From Torpedo marmorata (lineage: Eukaryota): a stretch of 64,000 nucleotides of DNA. The stretch lies in NCBI GenBank assembly GCA_977017645.1, contig OZ360228.1:11408001-11472000 (forward strand). Reading direction: 5' to 3'. The translations under genes and the position numbers were made by a program. The notes under the pieces are model-generated. The model saw nothing but the letters and a program-made list of their open reading frames with translations. It ran no database searches and was not told the DNA's origin. Of this stretch, positions 24,965 through 38,545 are shown in pieces (the first letter of the stretch is position 1; every line of letters starts with the position of its first letter).

Positions 24965-25810
24965 CAGTTAAAGTGAGCAGGAGCCAGGACTCACAGCAAG
25001 AAGCAGGAGTTTTAAACCAGGTGAAGTGAACCAGCAGCCAATAAAAGAAGGGAAGCTTGAGTGGAGTGGCCACTGAGAAGTGGCAATAGTGAGTGTCCAG
25101 TGGAAGAGTGGAACTTGGATGCTTTGGCTCGAGAGGCTTCAGCAAAAACCAGGTAAGACCCTTAATCCTTCCACTTTAAATCACTCAGGCTAATTGTCCA
25201 GTTGGCTTGTATTTCAGAGTACACGAGGTTACTGGCAACATAGTAATTAAAAACGCACCAAATTACAACTAATTAAATAAAGTGGGAATGCATGGTCAGG
25301 TGATGTGCTACAGTTGCATGATGTGGAACTGATGGACCCCATTGTGGCTCCCCGTGACCACATCGGCAGCACGTGTTGGTTGCTCGAGGAACTCAGGCAC
25401 AAAATTGAATTAAGCATGAGGGCGGCAAGTTAATCATATTGGAAAAGTATGAATAAAGTTAAAGGGAAGGAGAACACAGGAGAGGTTCTTGAAGTTGCCA
25501 GAATAAAACAAAACAGGATAGAAAGTTTAGAAAAGAACGAGAAATTAACCTCAGGAAACATGGAGTTAAATGTGAGAAGGGTGGTGAATACAGGATCGAA
25601 GGTGTTGTATTTAAATGCACGCCACATACAAAACAAGGTAGATGAGCTTAAAGTGCAGATAGAAATTGGCAGGTACAACATTGTGGGCATAACGGAGTCG
25701 TGGCTGAAGGAGGATCACAGCTGGGGGCTAATCATACAAGGATATGCAACCTATCAAAAGGACAGGCAGGTGGGCAGAAGGGATGGGATTGAGTGGCTCT
25801 GTTGGTAAAA
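24965..25810 (+). mobile_element. CR1-clade LINE 5' portion (deleted ORF1, start of endonuclease)
   Basis: VLYLNARHIQNKVDEL...IVGITESWL...IQGY...KDRQVGR in ORF 25449..25808. Confidence 0.8.
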
Positions 25811-25819
25811 ATTTCAAAG

Positions 25820-26060
25820 TGTAGTGGTTAGTACAATGCTATTACAACACCAGTAACTCGGGTTTGAATCCGGTGCTGTCTGTAAGGAGTTTGTATATTC
25901 TCTCCGAGTCTGCGTGGATTTCCTCCGTATGCTCTGGTTCCCTCCCACAAAGACATACGGGGTTACTAGGTTGATTGGTCACATGGGTGTATTTGGGCAG
26001 CACGGGCTTGTGGGCCGGAAGGACCTGTTATCTTGATGTATCTCTAACTTTAAAAAAAAT
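25820..26060 (+). mobile_element. V-SINE (HE1-like)
   Basis: tagtggttagtacaatgctattacaacaccag...gggtttgaatcc...ctgtaaggagtttgta V-domain; A-rich tail. Confidence 0.8.
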
Positions 26061-27429
26061 TAAATCCTGAGCAAGAAGGGACACATGTTTCAACCGACTG
26101 AAACAAAATATACCCTGGATTCTAAAAATCCAAAATAAGTACAGGAAACAATGAAAATACTCAGCAAATCAGATAACACCAGTGGAGAGAGAAATATAAT
26201 GTTTCACATTAATTTCCTCTCAGCAGGAAGATCTGACAAAATATTTACTGATGTTCTCTCTTCAGGGGCCTCATCTCCATTGCAGCTGCTCTATTAATGC
26301 CATGTCCAACGGCCAAACCAGCCCTGATAATATATTTTCTTTAAATTCAAGAACTTCCCTTTTGCATGTGCCAAGATTTTCAACCATGTTTGTTCCATTT
26401 CCTGTGCTTTAGCTCCCATCTTTCCTCCCCTCCAGAGCCATTATACAGTTACTCTTCTCCTTGTTTTCCAGCAAATCAGCCTCCACATTCAAAGACTATC
26501 CTCATCTCTCACACTATGTTAACATGTTGTCAGCAGGAAACACAAGGCCCCTCCATTTTCACTTTCACGTCCTGGCCAAGCTTCAGTAAACCACAAAAAT
26601 CATTCTGTCTCTTTCCAAAGCATCTCTCAGTGTAACTGTAGCTTCTCCCACTACTCATCCCATAATACAACAGTAAAAACAACACTCATTTGTTCTCACT
26701 GATTCAGTTTTGTCCACTGGAGAACAAATAGCATTCAATAGATGCCATGTAGATCACCTTCATCCACTCTCCATGTGTGATCCCAGTCTTGTATTCCATG
26801 TAAATATAATTTAATGACCACGCCTGCTCTGACCTCTATCTTTGCCTTCCAACATTGCTTCAATAGTTTTTAATGGAAGAGGAACACTACCCTTTGCTTT
26901 CAATAGTCACCCTACAGCATTCCGCTCAAGACAGAGAATTCAATAGTTACTGTTCAAATCTTTTTTACACATTGTATTTCTTGGTAGTTTCTGTTACTTA
27001 CATTAATTTCTGCTCCAAATCTATCTTTTGTTTCTCCACTTGTCCCATTACCATCCATTTTTTTCCTTGCACAATCTCTTGTCACTAAACCTCTCCTGCC
27101 TTTTACCCTCTACCCCCCTTCAATCTTTCCTCCTCAACTCTGTACTTGCTTAAAAAAAATTAAAACTCTTATTGTTTTCCAGCTCTGATGAAGGGCCATT
27201 AAACATTAAAAGTTGCCATCTCTGTAAAATTTGCTGTAGTATTTCCAGCATTTACTTTTATTCAGGAACAGCCAACGCACCTCCACAAATTCTCCTCCAA
27301 AGTTTGCCAGCACGTCCAGATGCTTAAAGGCAGAGCTCTTGCTCAAATAAAATCTACGTACAAAATGGCTCTTTTGTGATATATTACATTCACTCCTTTA
27401 CAATACTTTAAGTTGTTAAATGAACATAC

Positions 27430-27584
27430 CAAGAGGAATAATGAGAAATCTCATGTAGCTGAGCCAGTCCGGAGTCTTGTGCGATAGCTGCTCTACAAAG
27501 AGCTGTAGAATAGCGCTCAGGAAGTGCTGGGCTCCTGCCAAAGTCACTTTAATGGGATTTGGAGTTTGGGAGTTACAGTTACAG
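27430..27584 (-). CDS. PACS2: PACS2 exon ([51 protein letters not shown])
   Basis: tgtttgttttcag| and g|gtatgt; 155 nt, phase 2 to 1; contains [14 protein letters not shown]. Confidence 0.96.
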
Positions 27585-29210
27585 CTGAAAACAAACAGAA
27601 GATTCGGTGTTTATGTTTACAAAAAGATGATGGAATCTGAACAACAGTTCACATGTTTTAACAATGAATTGTCTTGAGGCTAATTTCATGAATCTGTCAA
27701 ACAAGATTTGACATCAAACCACTTAAGTTGGTACAGAGGCAGATCATGCAATCATGAAATAGAGGACCATGTTTGTACGAGCTTTGTGAAAGCACAATCG
27801 TGCCCGCATCCTTCCTTAGATTCCATCATCCTCTCAGTCTGTTTCTGTCCACTCTTTTTCAAAATCTATGGAATCAGCTACCACCACTTTTTCCAGATAG
27901 TATTCCACATCCCAACAACTCTGAGTAAAGGAAACCTCTGCTTCAGATGTTTTGCCAATGATTTTGAATCTGTGGTCCAAGAGTTTGATTTATCTCTCCC
28001 TTTTCCAGCAAAACAAAATTTAAGGCATAGCAACTGTTACATACAGTTCATTATAATGATTTTGCCTTTATTTTTACATTTGTAAACCATCAATTTGGCT
28101 TTCCACCTACAAGCTTTTGCCATTATACAAATACCAAAATCTGTGCTCATCTCAACTTTTCAAAATCCTGCCTCGTGTAATATATTTCCATGCTCACCCC
28201 CACCTCAAATGCCATCACTACTTCACCCCTATCGACACAGTGCCATCCACTCATGCCATTCTGAAGCCTTTAACTATCCTCATAACTGTCTACTACCTGG
28301 CCAGTTTACATACCTCTACATTTTCACAATACCCATACCACAGATACATAAAACATTATGAAGCAAAACAAACCCCAAACTACCCTTTGCAAATCTTCTC
28401 TCGGTCTGAAAAACATTAACCCACTACCCTTAGTTTCTGGTTACTAAGATTGTTGTATCAGTTTCACCATAATTCCCTCAAATCCACTATCTTTTAACTG
28501 TGTCATCACTTGTTGAAGATCACAAAACATCAGTGTTACCTTGTTTATCTGGTACACCATATAATCAGGTTAGTCAGATCCAGTTTCCTCATTACAAACT
28601 ATGCTGACGCTCCGCAATTAACCCTTGTTTTCCCCAAATTGAAGTTAATTCTGTCCTGCCTGCTACTTTCCCAACATTGGCTGGACTGTACTTTCCCAAC
28701 ATTGGCTGGACTGTACTTTCCAGATTACAAATAATCTCTCTCTTGAATATTACCTGCAGTTTTCCATCATTGTCCTTGAGGTTTAAAAGATTGAGACCAA
28801 TGTCTTTACTATGTCTTCCATTGTTTCTTTCATTAATCATGGATGCATTCCAGCTGGACTAGGTGACTTAACAACTTTTAATAATAAACTTTGTACACAA
28901 CCTGAAGCTTGGCCAGAAAAACAGGCTTTAAACAACTTTTTAAAAGTGATGAGAGGGCATTAGAGATTCAGGGAGAGGATTCTAGCACAAAATGCTTTGG
29001 TTGATAAAGGTATAACTGGCTCGAGTTGACCAATTATAAAAAAAAGAGCGAGAATCTGAGCAAAGGAAAGTTGGATGCAGGGGTAGATCACACAGATAAG
29101 GAGAGACGTCCATATAAGGACTTGGAGGATGAGCATGAGCAAATCAAGGTAATGTTTAACCAGGATATTATGAAGGTCCGCTGTGGAGAGTGAGCAGACC
29201 ATGTGTAAAT

Positions 29211-29726
29211 AGATTCAGATTTCAGATTTATTGTCAAAGTAAACACATGACATCACATACAACTCTGAGATTCTTTTTCCTGCAGGCCAGGCAGAATTAC
29301 CACTTATTGGTAGTGCAAAAAAAACTGTACACAATGTGCACATGTAAACAAATAAACAAATATAAATAAATGATTGTGCAATACAGAGAGGAGAAAAAAA
29401 AACAATAAAGTGCAAAAGTAAGAGCACTTAAATGAGTCCCTGATTGAGTTTGTTGTTGAGGAGTCAGATGCTGGAGGGGTAGCAGCTGTTCCTGTACCTG
29501 GTGGTGTGAGTCTTGTGGCACCTATACCTCTTTCCTGATGGTAGCAGCGAGAACAGAGCGTGTGCTGGGTGGTGTGGATCCTTGATGATTGCTACTGCTC
29601 TCCGACGGCAGAGCTCCCCGTAGATGTTCTCGATGGTGGGGAAAGTTTTGCCTGTGATGCCCTGGGCTGTGTCCACTACCTTTTGCAGGGCTTTACTCTC
29701 AGGGGTATTGTTGACCCCATACCAGA
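29211..29726 (-). mobile_element. Rex1/Babar LINE 3' fragment
   Basis: IIKDPHHPAHALFSLLPSGKRYR...SCYP motif; gacaataaa plus (tctgaaa)-type tail. Confidence 0.85.
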
Positions 29727-31061
29727 TATAAAATATGATTATGGAAGGAAAATTTTAGAAAAGTTTAAACTGATAGAGATGGTCAGATTTATGTTGAAAT
29801 GGACACATGGAGATTTCAGCAGCAGGTGAGCTAAGACTAGGGCAGGGTCAGGCAGCTAGAGGTGAGTGGGTGGAAGCTAACATCCTCCTTTTTGAGCAGT
29901 CTTTGTGCCTGGTTCCAAGAACCAGTTGACCTCTTCCCACTGCACTCAGTGTAGACTTTAGTCAATGCCTTTTGCGACACCAAAATAGTTAACCGTCAAA
30001 CTATCCAAATTTTGTCTTGGGGAAAACTGCCTGCACAACACTTTTTTCACATGCAGCCAAACACAATACCACAGACGGTTGCATCTAAATTAGGTTGCCA
30101 GTGTGTCTTCAAATCATTATTGTTACTGGGACTCTCTAATTGCCAGGAAGGAAGAACACAGGCCTCTCTGACTGAACACAACTGGAGCGAGACTATTGAT
30201 AGATACGTTGCCCTCTATTGACAAATTCAGAAGTTTGAAAACTTTTGAAGAAATGTTGTGCTCTACATGGATTCACAGGGCCCGTATCATTTCAGACAGC
30301 TCCCAAATATATTATTTTGGGAACAATTTCTATGCTAATTATACAGCAATAGACAATTTCTATAATATAACCAGTCGACCATTTGCTATTCACTTCCATT
30401 TAATCTTTAAATCTTGGCAGACCTTCAGTTTCAAAGATTAAATGGAAAGAAACATCAAAAGGCCCACAAGTTATATTTTGGAAAATGTCTATTGACAACC
30501 CATCTTTTCCCAGAATGATTCCAAACTGGGATAATTATAAATAAATGGTGCAGGAAGTGTGGCAAAGGATCAATGTCTAATTAAATCAACCCCATTCAAT
30601 ACACTCCAACTGTATGCTGCCTGTGAATTAATGTGATTCTATCTTGTAGTGTTAACTGTTTGGTGTTAAACTATGACCTGCACCTGAGCAGGGAAGACCA
30701 AAACCTATACATTACAAATTAAGAACTGGTGCGGGTGAAAGCAATTTGCTTAAGCAGTCTTAGTGCAAGACAGTGGGCTCCATGATTTTTTGATGTTGCA
30801 TTGGCAGAAGTGGAAAGGAAGAGAGAAGCCCTCTACCTACAAGAGGCAAGGAGGTCATCCAGACAGAAAGTCATGGAGGAGTTAGAGGAGGAGACAATTG
30901 GCTGCAGCCAAGCATCAAAGACTTGCAGTGCAACAAGAAATTCAATGACCTTGTATTTGTGTTCAAAGTCAGTGAATGAGTCAGTTTTTAAATGCCATAT
31001 TAAATGCCATAAGGTACCACACTTATCATCACACCTTTGTTCACTGTCCGACTGCCTTTAT

Positions 31062-32935
31062 CAATTTCAGATTTATTGTCAGAGTACATACATGACATCC
31101 TGAGATTCTTTTTTCTGCGGGCGAGGCAGAATTACCACTTATTGGTAGTCCAAAAAAAATGTACACAGCGTATACATGTAAACAAATGAACTGTAAACAG
31201 ATAACGAATGTAAACAAACTGACTGCAATACAGAGAGAATTTTTAAAAAATCAATAAAGTGCAAAAGTAAGAGTCCTTAAATGAGTCCCTAATTGAATTT
31301 GTTGTTGAGGAGACTGATGGTGGAGGGGTAGCAGCTGTTCCTGAACCTGGAGGTGCGAGTCTTGTGGCACCTATACCTCTTTCCTGATGGCAGCAGTGAG
31401 AATAGAGAGTGTGCTGGGTGGTGCGGATCCTTGATGATTGCTGCTGCTCTCCGACAGCAGCGTTCCCTGCAGATGTACTCAATAGTGGGGAGGGTTTTGC
31501 CTGTGATGTCCTGGGCTGTGTCCACTACCTTTTGGAGGGCTTTACATTCAGGTGTCCACATACCAGACCGTGATGCAGCCGGTCAGCACACTTTCCACCA
31601 CACATCTGGAGAAATTTGCCAGGGTTTCTGGTGTCATACCAAACCTCGTCAAACTCCTGAGGAAGTAGAGGCGTTGACGTGCTTTCTTCACGAATCCATT
31701 GGTGTGTTGGGTCCAGGAAAGATCCTCTGAGATAGTGATTCCCAAGAACTTAAATTTGCTCACCCTCTCCACCTCTGATCCCCCAATGATCACTGGATTG
31801 TATACCTCTGGCTTTCCCTTCCTGAAGTCAACAATTAGCTCCTTAGTTTTGGTGACATTGAGTGCAAGGTTGTTGTTGGTGCATCATTCAGCCAAGTTTT
31901 CAATCTCCCTCCTGTATGCTGACTCATTACCTTTCTTTATACAACCCACTACTGTGGTATCGTCGGCAAATTTGTAGATGGTGTTATTGTCGTACCGAGC
32001 CACACAGTCGTAGGTGTAAAGTGAGTAGAGCAGGGGGCTAAGAACGCAGCCCTGTGGTGCTCCGGTACTGATGGAGATTGCGGAGGAGATGTTCTTACCA
32101 ATCCTCACTGATTGTGGTCTGGAGGTGAGGAAATCCATGATCTAATTACACAGTGGGGTGTTGAGTCCCAGGTCTTGGAGTTTGCTGATCAGTTTTGAGG
32201 GAATGATGGTGTTAAATGCAGAACTGTAGTCGATAAAGAGCATCCTGATGAATGCATCTTTACTGTTCCAGGGCTTTGTGTAGAGCCAGTGAGATGGCAT
32301 CTGCCGTAGATCTGTTGCTACGATAGGCGAACTGGAACATATCCATGTCACCGCTCAGACAGGAGCTGATATGCTTCAACACAAGCCTTTCAAAACACTT
32401 CATCACTGTTGATGTAAGTGCTACTGGTCGATAGTCATTAAGGCAGGTTACTACACTCTTCTCGGGCACTGGTACGATTGTTGGAAACAGGTGGGTACCA
32501 CGCCCTGCTGGAGTGAGATATTGAAGATATCCGTGAATACTTTGGTAAGTTGGTCAGCACAGATTTTTAATACTCAGCCAGATACTCCGTCCGGGCCGGA
32601 TGCCTTCCTTGGATTCACTCTCCTGAAGGCAGCACGTATGTCATCCTCAGATACAGACAGGATGGGATCATCAGGGACGCGGGGGTGCGGAGGGGTGGTC
32701 CTTCAGTGTTACTGTCGACAAATCAGGTGTAGAAGGCATTGAGTTCCTCTGGGAGTGAAGCTTTGCCGTCTGCTACTTCACCGGATTTGGTTTTGTAACA
32801 GGTTATTGCATTTAGGTCCTGCAACAGCTGTCGGGTGTCCCTTGTTATTTCCATTTTCACCCAGAATCTCCACTTCGCCCGGGAGATAGTTTTTCACAGG
32901 TCATACCTGCTCCTTCTGTATTGATCTGGATCTCT
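31062..32935 (-). mobile_element. Rex1/Babar LINE, 5'-truncated, frameshifted RT
   Basis: [66 protein letters not shown]. Confidence 0.92.
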
Positions 32936-33679
32936 GGACTTAAATTAATTAGGGCTCATGGCTCAGTTGCTACTTCACATAATCTTACACTGATGCAAGA
33001 CTCAAGACCCCATTTCATAGCTCACTTGCTGCAAGTAGTTCAACATGAACGCTTCCCACTCCTGCAAGAGTATGGAGTCTGGGGCACCTGCCTTACCGCA
33101 TCCCATTGAGGAAATGGTGATGCACATAATTTGGGCAGCTGTAACTGAGGAATATGACCATTACTGGGGTTGATAATCATAGTGCTATCACTCTCTAATC
33201 CTGCTTCTTGTATCTTATACTTTCGCTTGGTTTACAAGGTGTAGATGGCACAATCATACTCTTCTTTCAACCACAACTGCTCTAAAAATCCTAGCCAATG
33301 GCCCTTAACTATTACATTTAACATAGTCAATGGTACTGCAGCCAAAAGACAGCAAAGATGAAAATCTACTGTTTGCTCAGCCATCAATGTAGATATGCTG
33401 GCACTTGACACAATGAAGAGTTATCTTAAAGGTGGATAAAGAGACAAGGCAGAACATATACTTTGTGGTTTAACAGCCTCTCTTTTCAGCCAAGTAGATT
33501 TTGTCACTGAACTCTCAATTATATCATTGCTGTAACACGTATAACATGGCTGGTTCCTCTCCTTTTCCCCAATTTCCTATTCTTTCTTAATAAATGCAGC
33601 CATAAATATTATGACCATGGCTCTCCATGATTGAGAAAGGTTTCTAATTGCTGCAGTATCGTGCCTGCCGTTTACAACC

Positions 33680-36600
33680 CTGGAATACCACCAGACGGCT
33701 TCTCAATCCACCGGATGGACCGCACACCGTCTCGAAGAAAAGCAAGAGGTGGTGGTGACTGCTTCCTCATCAACAACGTGTGGAACTCAGACATGGAGGT
33801 ACTGGCAAGTCCCTGCACCCCAAACCTGTCAGTCCTGGCGAGTCCCTGCCCCCCAAACCTGTCAGTACTGGCAAGTCCCTGCCCCCCAAACCTGTCAGTA
33901 CTGGCGGACCTTGCACCCAAAACCTGTCAGTCCTTGTGAGTCCCTGCAACCCAAACCTAGTGAGTCCCTGCCCCCCAAACCTGGCGAGTCCCTGCAACCC
34001 AAACCTGGCGAGTCCCTGCAACCCAAACCTGGCGAGTTCCTGCCCCCCAAACCTGGCGAGTCCCTGCCCCCCAAACCTGGCGAGTCCCTGCCCCCCAAAC
34101 CTAGTGAGTCCCTGCCCCCCAAACCTGGCGAGTCCCTGCCCCCCAAACCTAGTGAGTCCCTGCCCCCCAAACCTAGCGAGTCCCTGCCCCCCAAACCTGG
34201 CGAGTCCCTGCCCCCCAAACCTAGTGAGTCCCTGCCCTCCAAACCTAGCGAGTCCCTGCCCCCCAAACCTAGCGAGTCCCTGCCCCCCAAACCTAGCGAG
34301 TCCCTGCCCCCCAAACCTAGCGAGTCCCTGCCCCCCAAACCTAGTGAGTCCCTGCCCCCCAAACCTGGCGAGTCCCTGCCCCCCAAACCTGGCGAGTCCC
34401 TGCCCCCCAAACCTGGCGAGTCCCTGCCCCCCAAACCTGGCGAGTCCCTGCAACCCAAACCTGGTGAGTCCCTGCCCCCCAAACCTGGCGAGTCCCTGCC
34501 CCCCAAACCTGGCGAGTCCCTGCCCCCCAAACCTGGCGAGTCCCTGCAACCCAAACCTGGCGAGTCCCTGCCCCCCAAACCTGGCGAGTCCCTGCAACCC
34601 AAACCTAGCGAGTCCCTGCCCCCCAAACCTGGCGAGTCCCTGCCCCCCAAACCTGGCGAGTCCCTGCAACCCAAACCTGGTGAGTCCCTGCCCCCCAAAC
34701 CTGGCGAGTCCCTGCCCCCCAAACCTGGCGAGTCCCTGCCCCCCAAACCTGGCGAGTCCCTGCAACCCAAACCTGGTGAGTCCCTGCCCCCCAAACCTAG
34801 CGAGTCCCTGCCCCCCAAACCTGGCAAGTCCCTGCCCCCCAAACCTAGTGAGTCCCTGCCCCCCAAACCTAGCGAGTCCCTGCCCCCCAAACCTGGCGAG
34901 TCCCTGCCCCCCAAACCTGGCAAGTCCCTGCCCCCTAAACCTGGCGAGTCCCTGCAACCCAAACCTAGTGAGTTCCTGCCCCCCAAACCTAGTGAGTTCC
35001 TGCCCCCCAAACCTAGCGAGTCCCTGCCCCCCAAACCTAGTGAGTCCCTGCCCCCCAAACCTGGCGAGTCCCTGCCCCCCAAACCTAGTGAGTTCCTGCC
35101 CCCCAAACCTGGCGAGTCCCTGCCCCCCAAACCTAGTGAGTCCCTGCCCCCCAAACCTAGTGAGTCCCTGCCCCCCAAACCTGGCGAGTCCCTGCCCCCC
35201 AAACCTGGTGAGTCCCTGCCCCCCAAACCTAGCGAGTCCCTGCCCCCCAAACCTGGCGAGTCCCTGCAACCCAAACCTGGCGAGTCCCTGCCCCCCAAAC
35301 CTGGCGAGTCCCTGCCCCCCAAACCTAGTGAGTCCCTGCCCCCCAAACCTAGTGAGTCCCTGCCCCCCAAACCTAGTGAGTCCCTGCCCCCCAAACCTAG
35401 TGAGTCCCTGCCCCCCAAACCTAGCGAGTCCCTGCCCCCCAAACCTGGCGAGTCCCTGCCCCCCAAACCTGGCGAGTCCCTGCCCCCCAAACCTAGTGAG
35501 TCCCTGCCCCCCAAACCTAGTGAGTCCCTGCCCCCAAACCTAGTGAGTCCCTGCCCCCAAAACCTGGCGAGTCCCTGCCCCCCAAACCTAGTGAGTCCCT
35601 GCCCCCCAAACCTAGTGAGTCCCTGCCCCCCAAACCTAGTGAGTCCCTGCCCCCCAAACCTAGTGAGTCCCTGCCCCCCAAACCTAGTGAGTCCCTGCCC
35701 CCCAAACCTAGTGAGTCCCTGCCCCCCAAACCTAGTGAGTCCCTGCCCCCCAAACCTAGTGAGTCCCTGCCCCCCAAACCTAGTGAGTCCCTGCCCCCCA
35801 AACCTAGTGAGTTCCTGCCCCCCAAACCTGGCGAGTCCCTGCCCCCCAAACCTAGTGAGTCCCTGCCCCCCAAACCTAGTGAGTCCCTGCCCCCCAAACC
35901 TAGTGAGTCCCTGCCCCCCAAACCTAGTGAGTCCCTGCCCCCCAAACCTAGTGAGTCCCTGCCCCCCAAACCTGGCGAGTCCCTGCCCCCCAAACCTGGC
36001 GAGTCCCTGCAACCCAAACCTGGCGAGTCCCTGCCCCCCAAACCTAGTGAGTCCCTGCCCCCCAAACCTAGTGAGTCCCTGCCCCCCAAACCTAGTGAGT
36101 CCCTGCCCCCCAAACCTAGTGAGTCCCTGCCCCCCAAACCTAGTGAGTCCCTGCCCCCCAAACCTGGCGAGTCCCTGCCCCCAAACCTAGTGAGTCCCTG
36201 CCCCCCAAACCTGGCGAGTCCCTGCCCCCAAAACCTAGTGAGTCCCTGCAACCCAAACCTGGCGAGTCCCTGCCCCCCAAACCTGGCGAGTCCCTGCCCC
36301 CCAAACCTGGCGAGTCCCTGCCCCCCAAACCTGGCGAGTCCCTGCCCCCCAAACCTGGCGAGTCCCTGCCCCCCAAACCTAGCGAGTCCCTGCCCCCCAA
36401 ACCTAGCGAGTCCCTGCCCCCCAAACCTAGTGAGTCCCTGCCCCCCAAACCTAGTGAGTCCCTGCCCCCCAAACCTGGCGAGTCCCTGCCCCCCAAACCT
36501 GGCGAGTCCCTGCCCCCCAAACCTGGCGAGTCCCTTCCCCCGCAAACCTAGTGGGTTCCTGCCCCCCAAACCTGGCGAGTCCCTGCCCCCCAAACCTAGT

Positions 36601-38545
36601 GAGTTCCTACCCCCCAAACCTAGCGAGTCTCTGCCCCCCAAACCTGGCGAGACCCTGCCCCCCAAACCTGGCGAGTCCCTGCCCCCCAAACCTAGTGAGT
36701 TCCTGCCCCCCAAACCTGGCGAGTCCCTGCCCCCCAAACCTGGCGAGTCCCTGCCCCCCAAACCTAGCGAGTCTCTGCTCCCCAAACCTAGTGAGTCCCT
36801 GCCCCCCAAACCTGGCGAGTCCCTGCCCCCCAAACCTAGTGAGTTCCTGCCCCCCAAACCTAGCGAGTCCCTGCCCCCCAAACCTAGTGAGTCCCTGCCC
36901 CCCAAACCTAGTGAGTTCCTGCCCCCCAAACCTAGCGAGTCCCTGCCCCCCAAACCTAGTGAGTTCCTGCCCCCCAAACCTAGTGAGTCCCTGCCCCCCA
37001 AACCTAGTGAGTCCCTGCCCCCCAAACCTGGCGAGTCCCTGCCCCCCAAACCTGGCGAGTCCCTGCAACCCAAACCTGGCGAGTCCCTGCCCCCCAAACC
37101 TGGCGAGTCCCTGCCCCCCAAACCTAGTGAGTTCCTGCCCCCCAAACCTAGTGAGTCCCTGCCCCCCAAACCTAGTGAGTTCCTGCCCCCCAAACCTAGC
37201 GAGTCCCTGCCCCCCCAAACCTAGTGAGTCCCTGAACCCCAAACCTAGTGAGTCCCTGAACCCCAAACCTAGTGAGTCCCTGCCCCCCAAACCTGTCAGT
37301 CCTGGCGAGTCCCTGCCCCCCAAACCTGTCAGTCCTGGCGAGTCCCTGCCCCCCAAACCTAGTGAGTTCCTGCCCCCCAAACCTAGCGAGTCCCTGCCCC
37401 CCAAACCTAGTGAGTCTCTGCCCCCCAAACCTAGTGAGTTCCTGCCCCCCAAACCTAGTGAGTTCCTGCCCCCCAAACCTAGCGAGTCCCTGCCCCCCAA
37501 ACCTAGTGAGTCCCTGCCCCCCAAACCTAGTGAGTTCCTGCCCCCCAAACCTAGTGAGTCCCTGCCCCCCAAACCTAGTGAGTTCCTGCCCCCCAAACCT
37601 AGTGAGTCCCTGCCCCCCAAACCTGTCAGTACTGGCGGCCCCTGCCCCCCAAACCTGGTGAGTCCCTGCCCCCCAAACCTGTCAGTCCTGGCGAGTCCCT
37701 GCCCCCCAAACCTGGCGAGTCCCTGGCCCCCAAACCTGGTGAGTCCCTGCCCCCCAAACCTGTCAGTCCTGGCGAGTCCCTGCCCCCCAAACCTGGTGAG
37801 TCCCTGCCCCCCAAACCTGGCGAGTCCCTGCCCCCCAAACCTGGCGAGTCCCTGCACCGCAAACCTGTCAGTCCTGGCGAGTCCCTGCACCCCAAACCTG
37901 GACCATCTAATCATGAAGTGCTGTCACCAATACCTCACGCGGGAGCTCATATCAGCTGTACTGACAGTCGACTACATTCCACTCCAAGTGAACGCAAAGC
38001 TACCACTGGATGAACTATTCACCTCCATCAGCAGCCTTGAAAGGAAACGCTCCGAAGCCAGGGACTTCACCCACGTCGACTTCAAGAGCGTGCTAACTAA
38101 ATTTCACCAGCATGTCACCTGCCTCACCAGAGGCTCTAAAACCCTTGACCACTGCTACACAACCAGCCAAAGCACCTACTACTAAATCCCATGCCAGCAC
38201 TTTGGTAAATCAGGCCAACGTACAGCGCTTCTCTACCTGCTGATGGGCAGCTGAGACACAAGGACCTGGCAGTAAAAGTCATGCATCACTAGACTGAGGA
38301 AACAGACGACATCTTATGTGACTGCCTTGAGTCAATAGACTGATCTACATTAAGGACTCAGCAACCAACCTCAATAAATATCCCACTGCCGTCGCTAACT
38401 TCATCAGCAAGTGTGAAGAAAACTGCTAGCCAACTGGAAATCATTGCTGAACTGCCAAGTCCACTCACTTCTGAAGGCCAGCTCTGATGCACTCATGTCA
38501 GGTGAAACCCAGGTATGACCTCTGCAAGGCCATCAGAGATGATCT
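33680..38545 (+). mobile_element. Old Rex1/Babar LINE fragment (endonuclease region) split by a 4.1-kb minisatellite
   Basis: PDGFSIHRMDRT...RGGGDCFLINN..VLASPCTPNL before the array continues as DHLIMKC..YLTREL..AVLTVDYIP...HVTCLTRGSKTLDHCY after it. Confidence 0.85.
33799..37900. repeat. Minisatellite/VNTR, 24-bp unit cct(g/a)g(c/t)gagtccctgccccccaaa, about 170 copies; 33-bp variant units near both ends
   Basis: Directly visible; produces the 8-aa periodic ORFs on both strands. Confidence 0.98.

Noticed and set aside
33799-37900. CRISPR-like array
   Set aside because: Units are head-to-tail with no unique spacers, no cas genes, and the context is a vertebrate intron
33749-38185. Long ORFs (up to 813 aa) of PPKPGESL / PCPPNLAS / GGRDSPGL repeats as a novel protein gene
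   Set aside because: They follow from a 24-bp unit that is stop-free in several frames on both strands; they are intronic, inside a dead LINE, and have no gene structure
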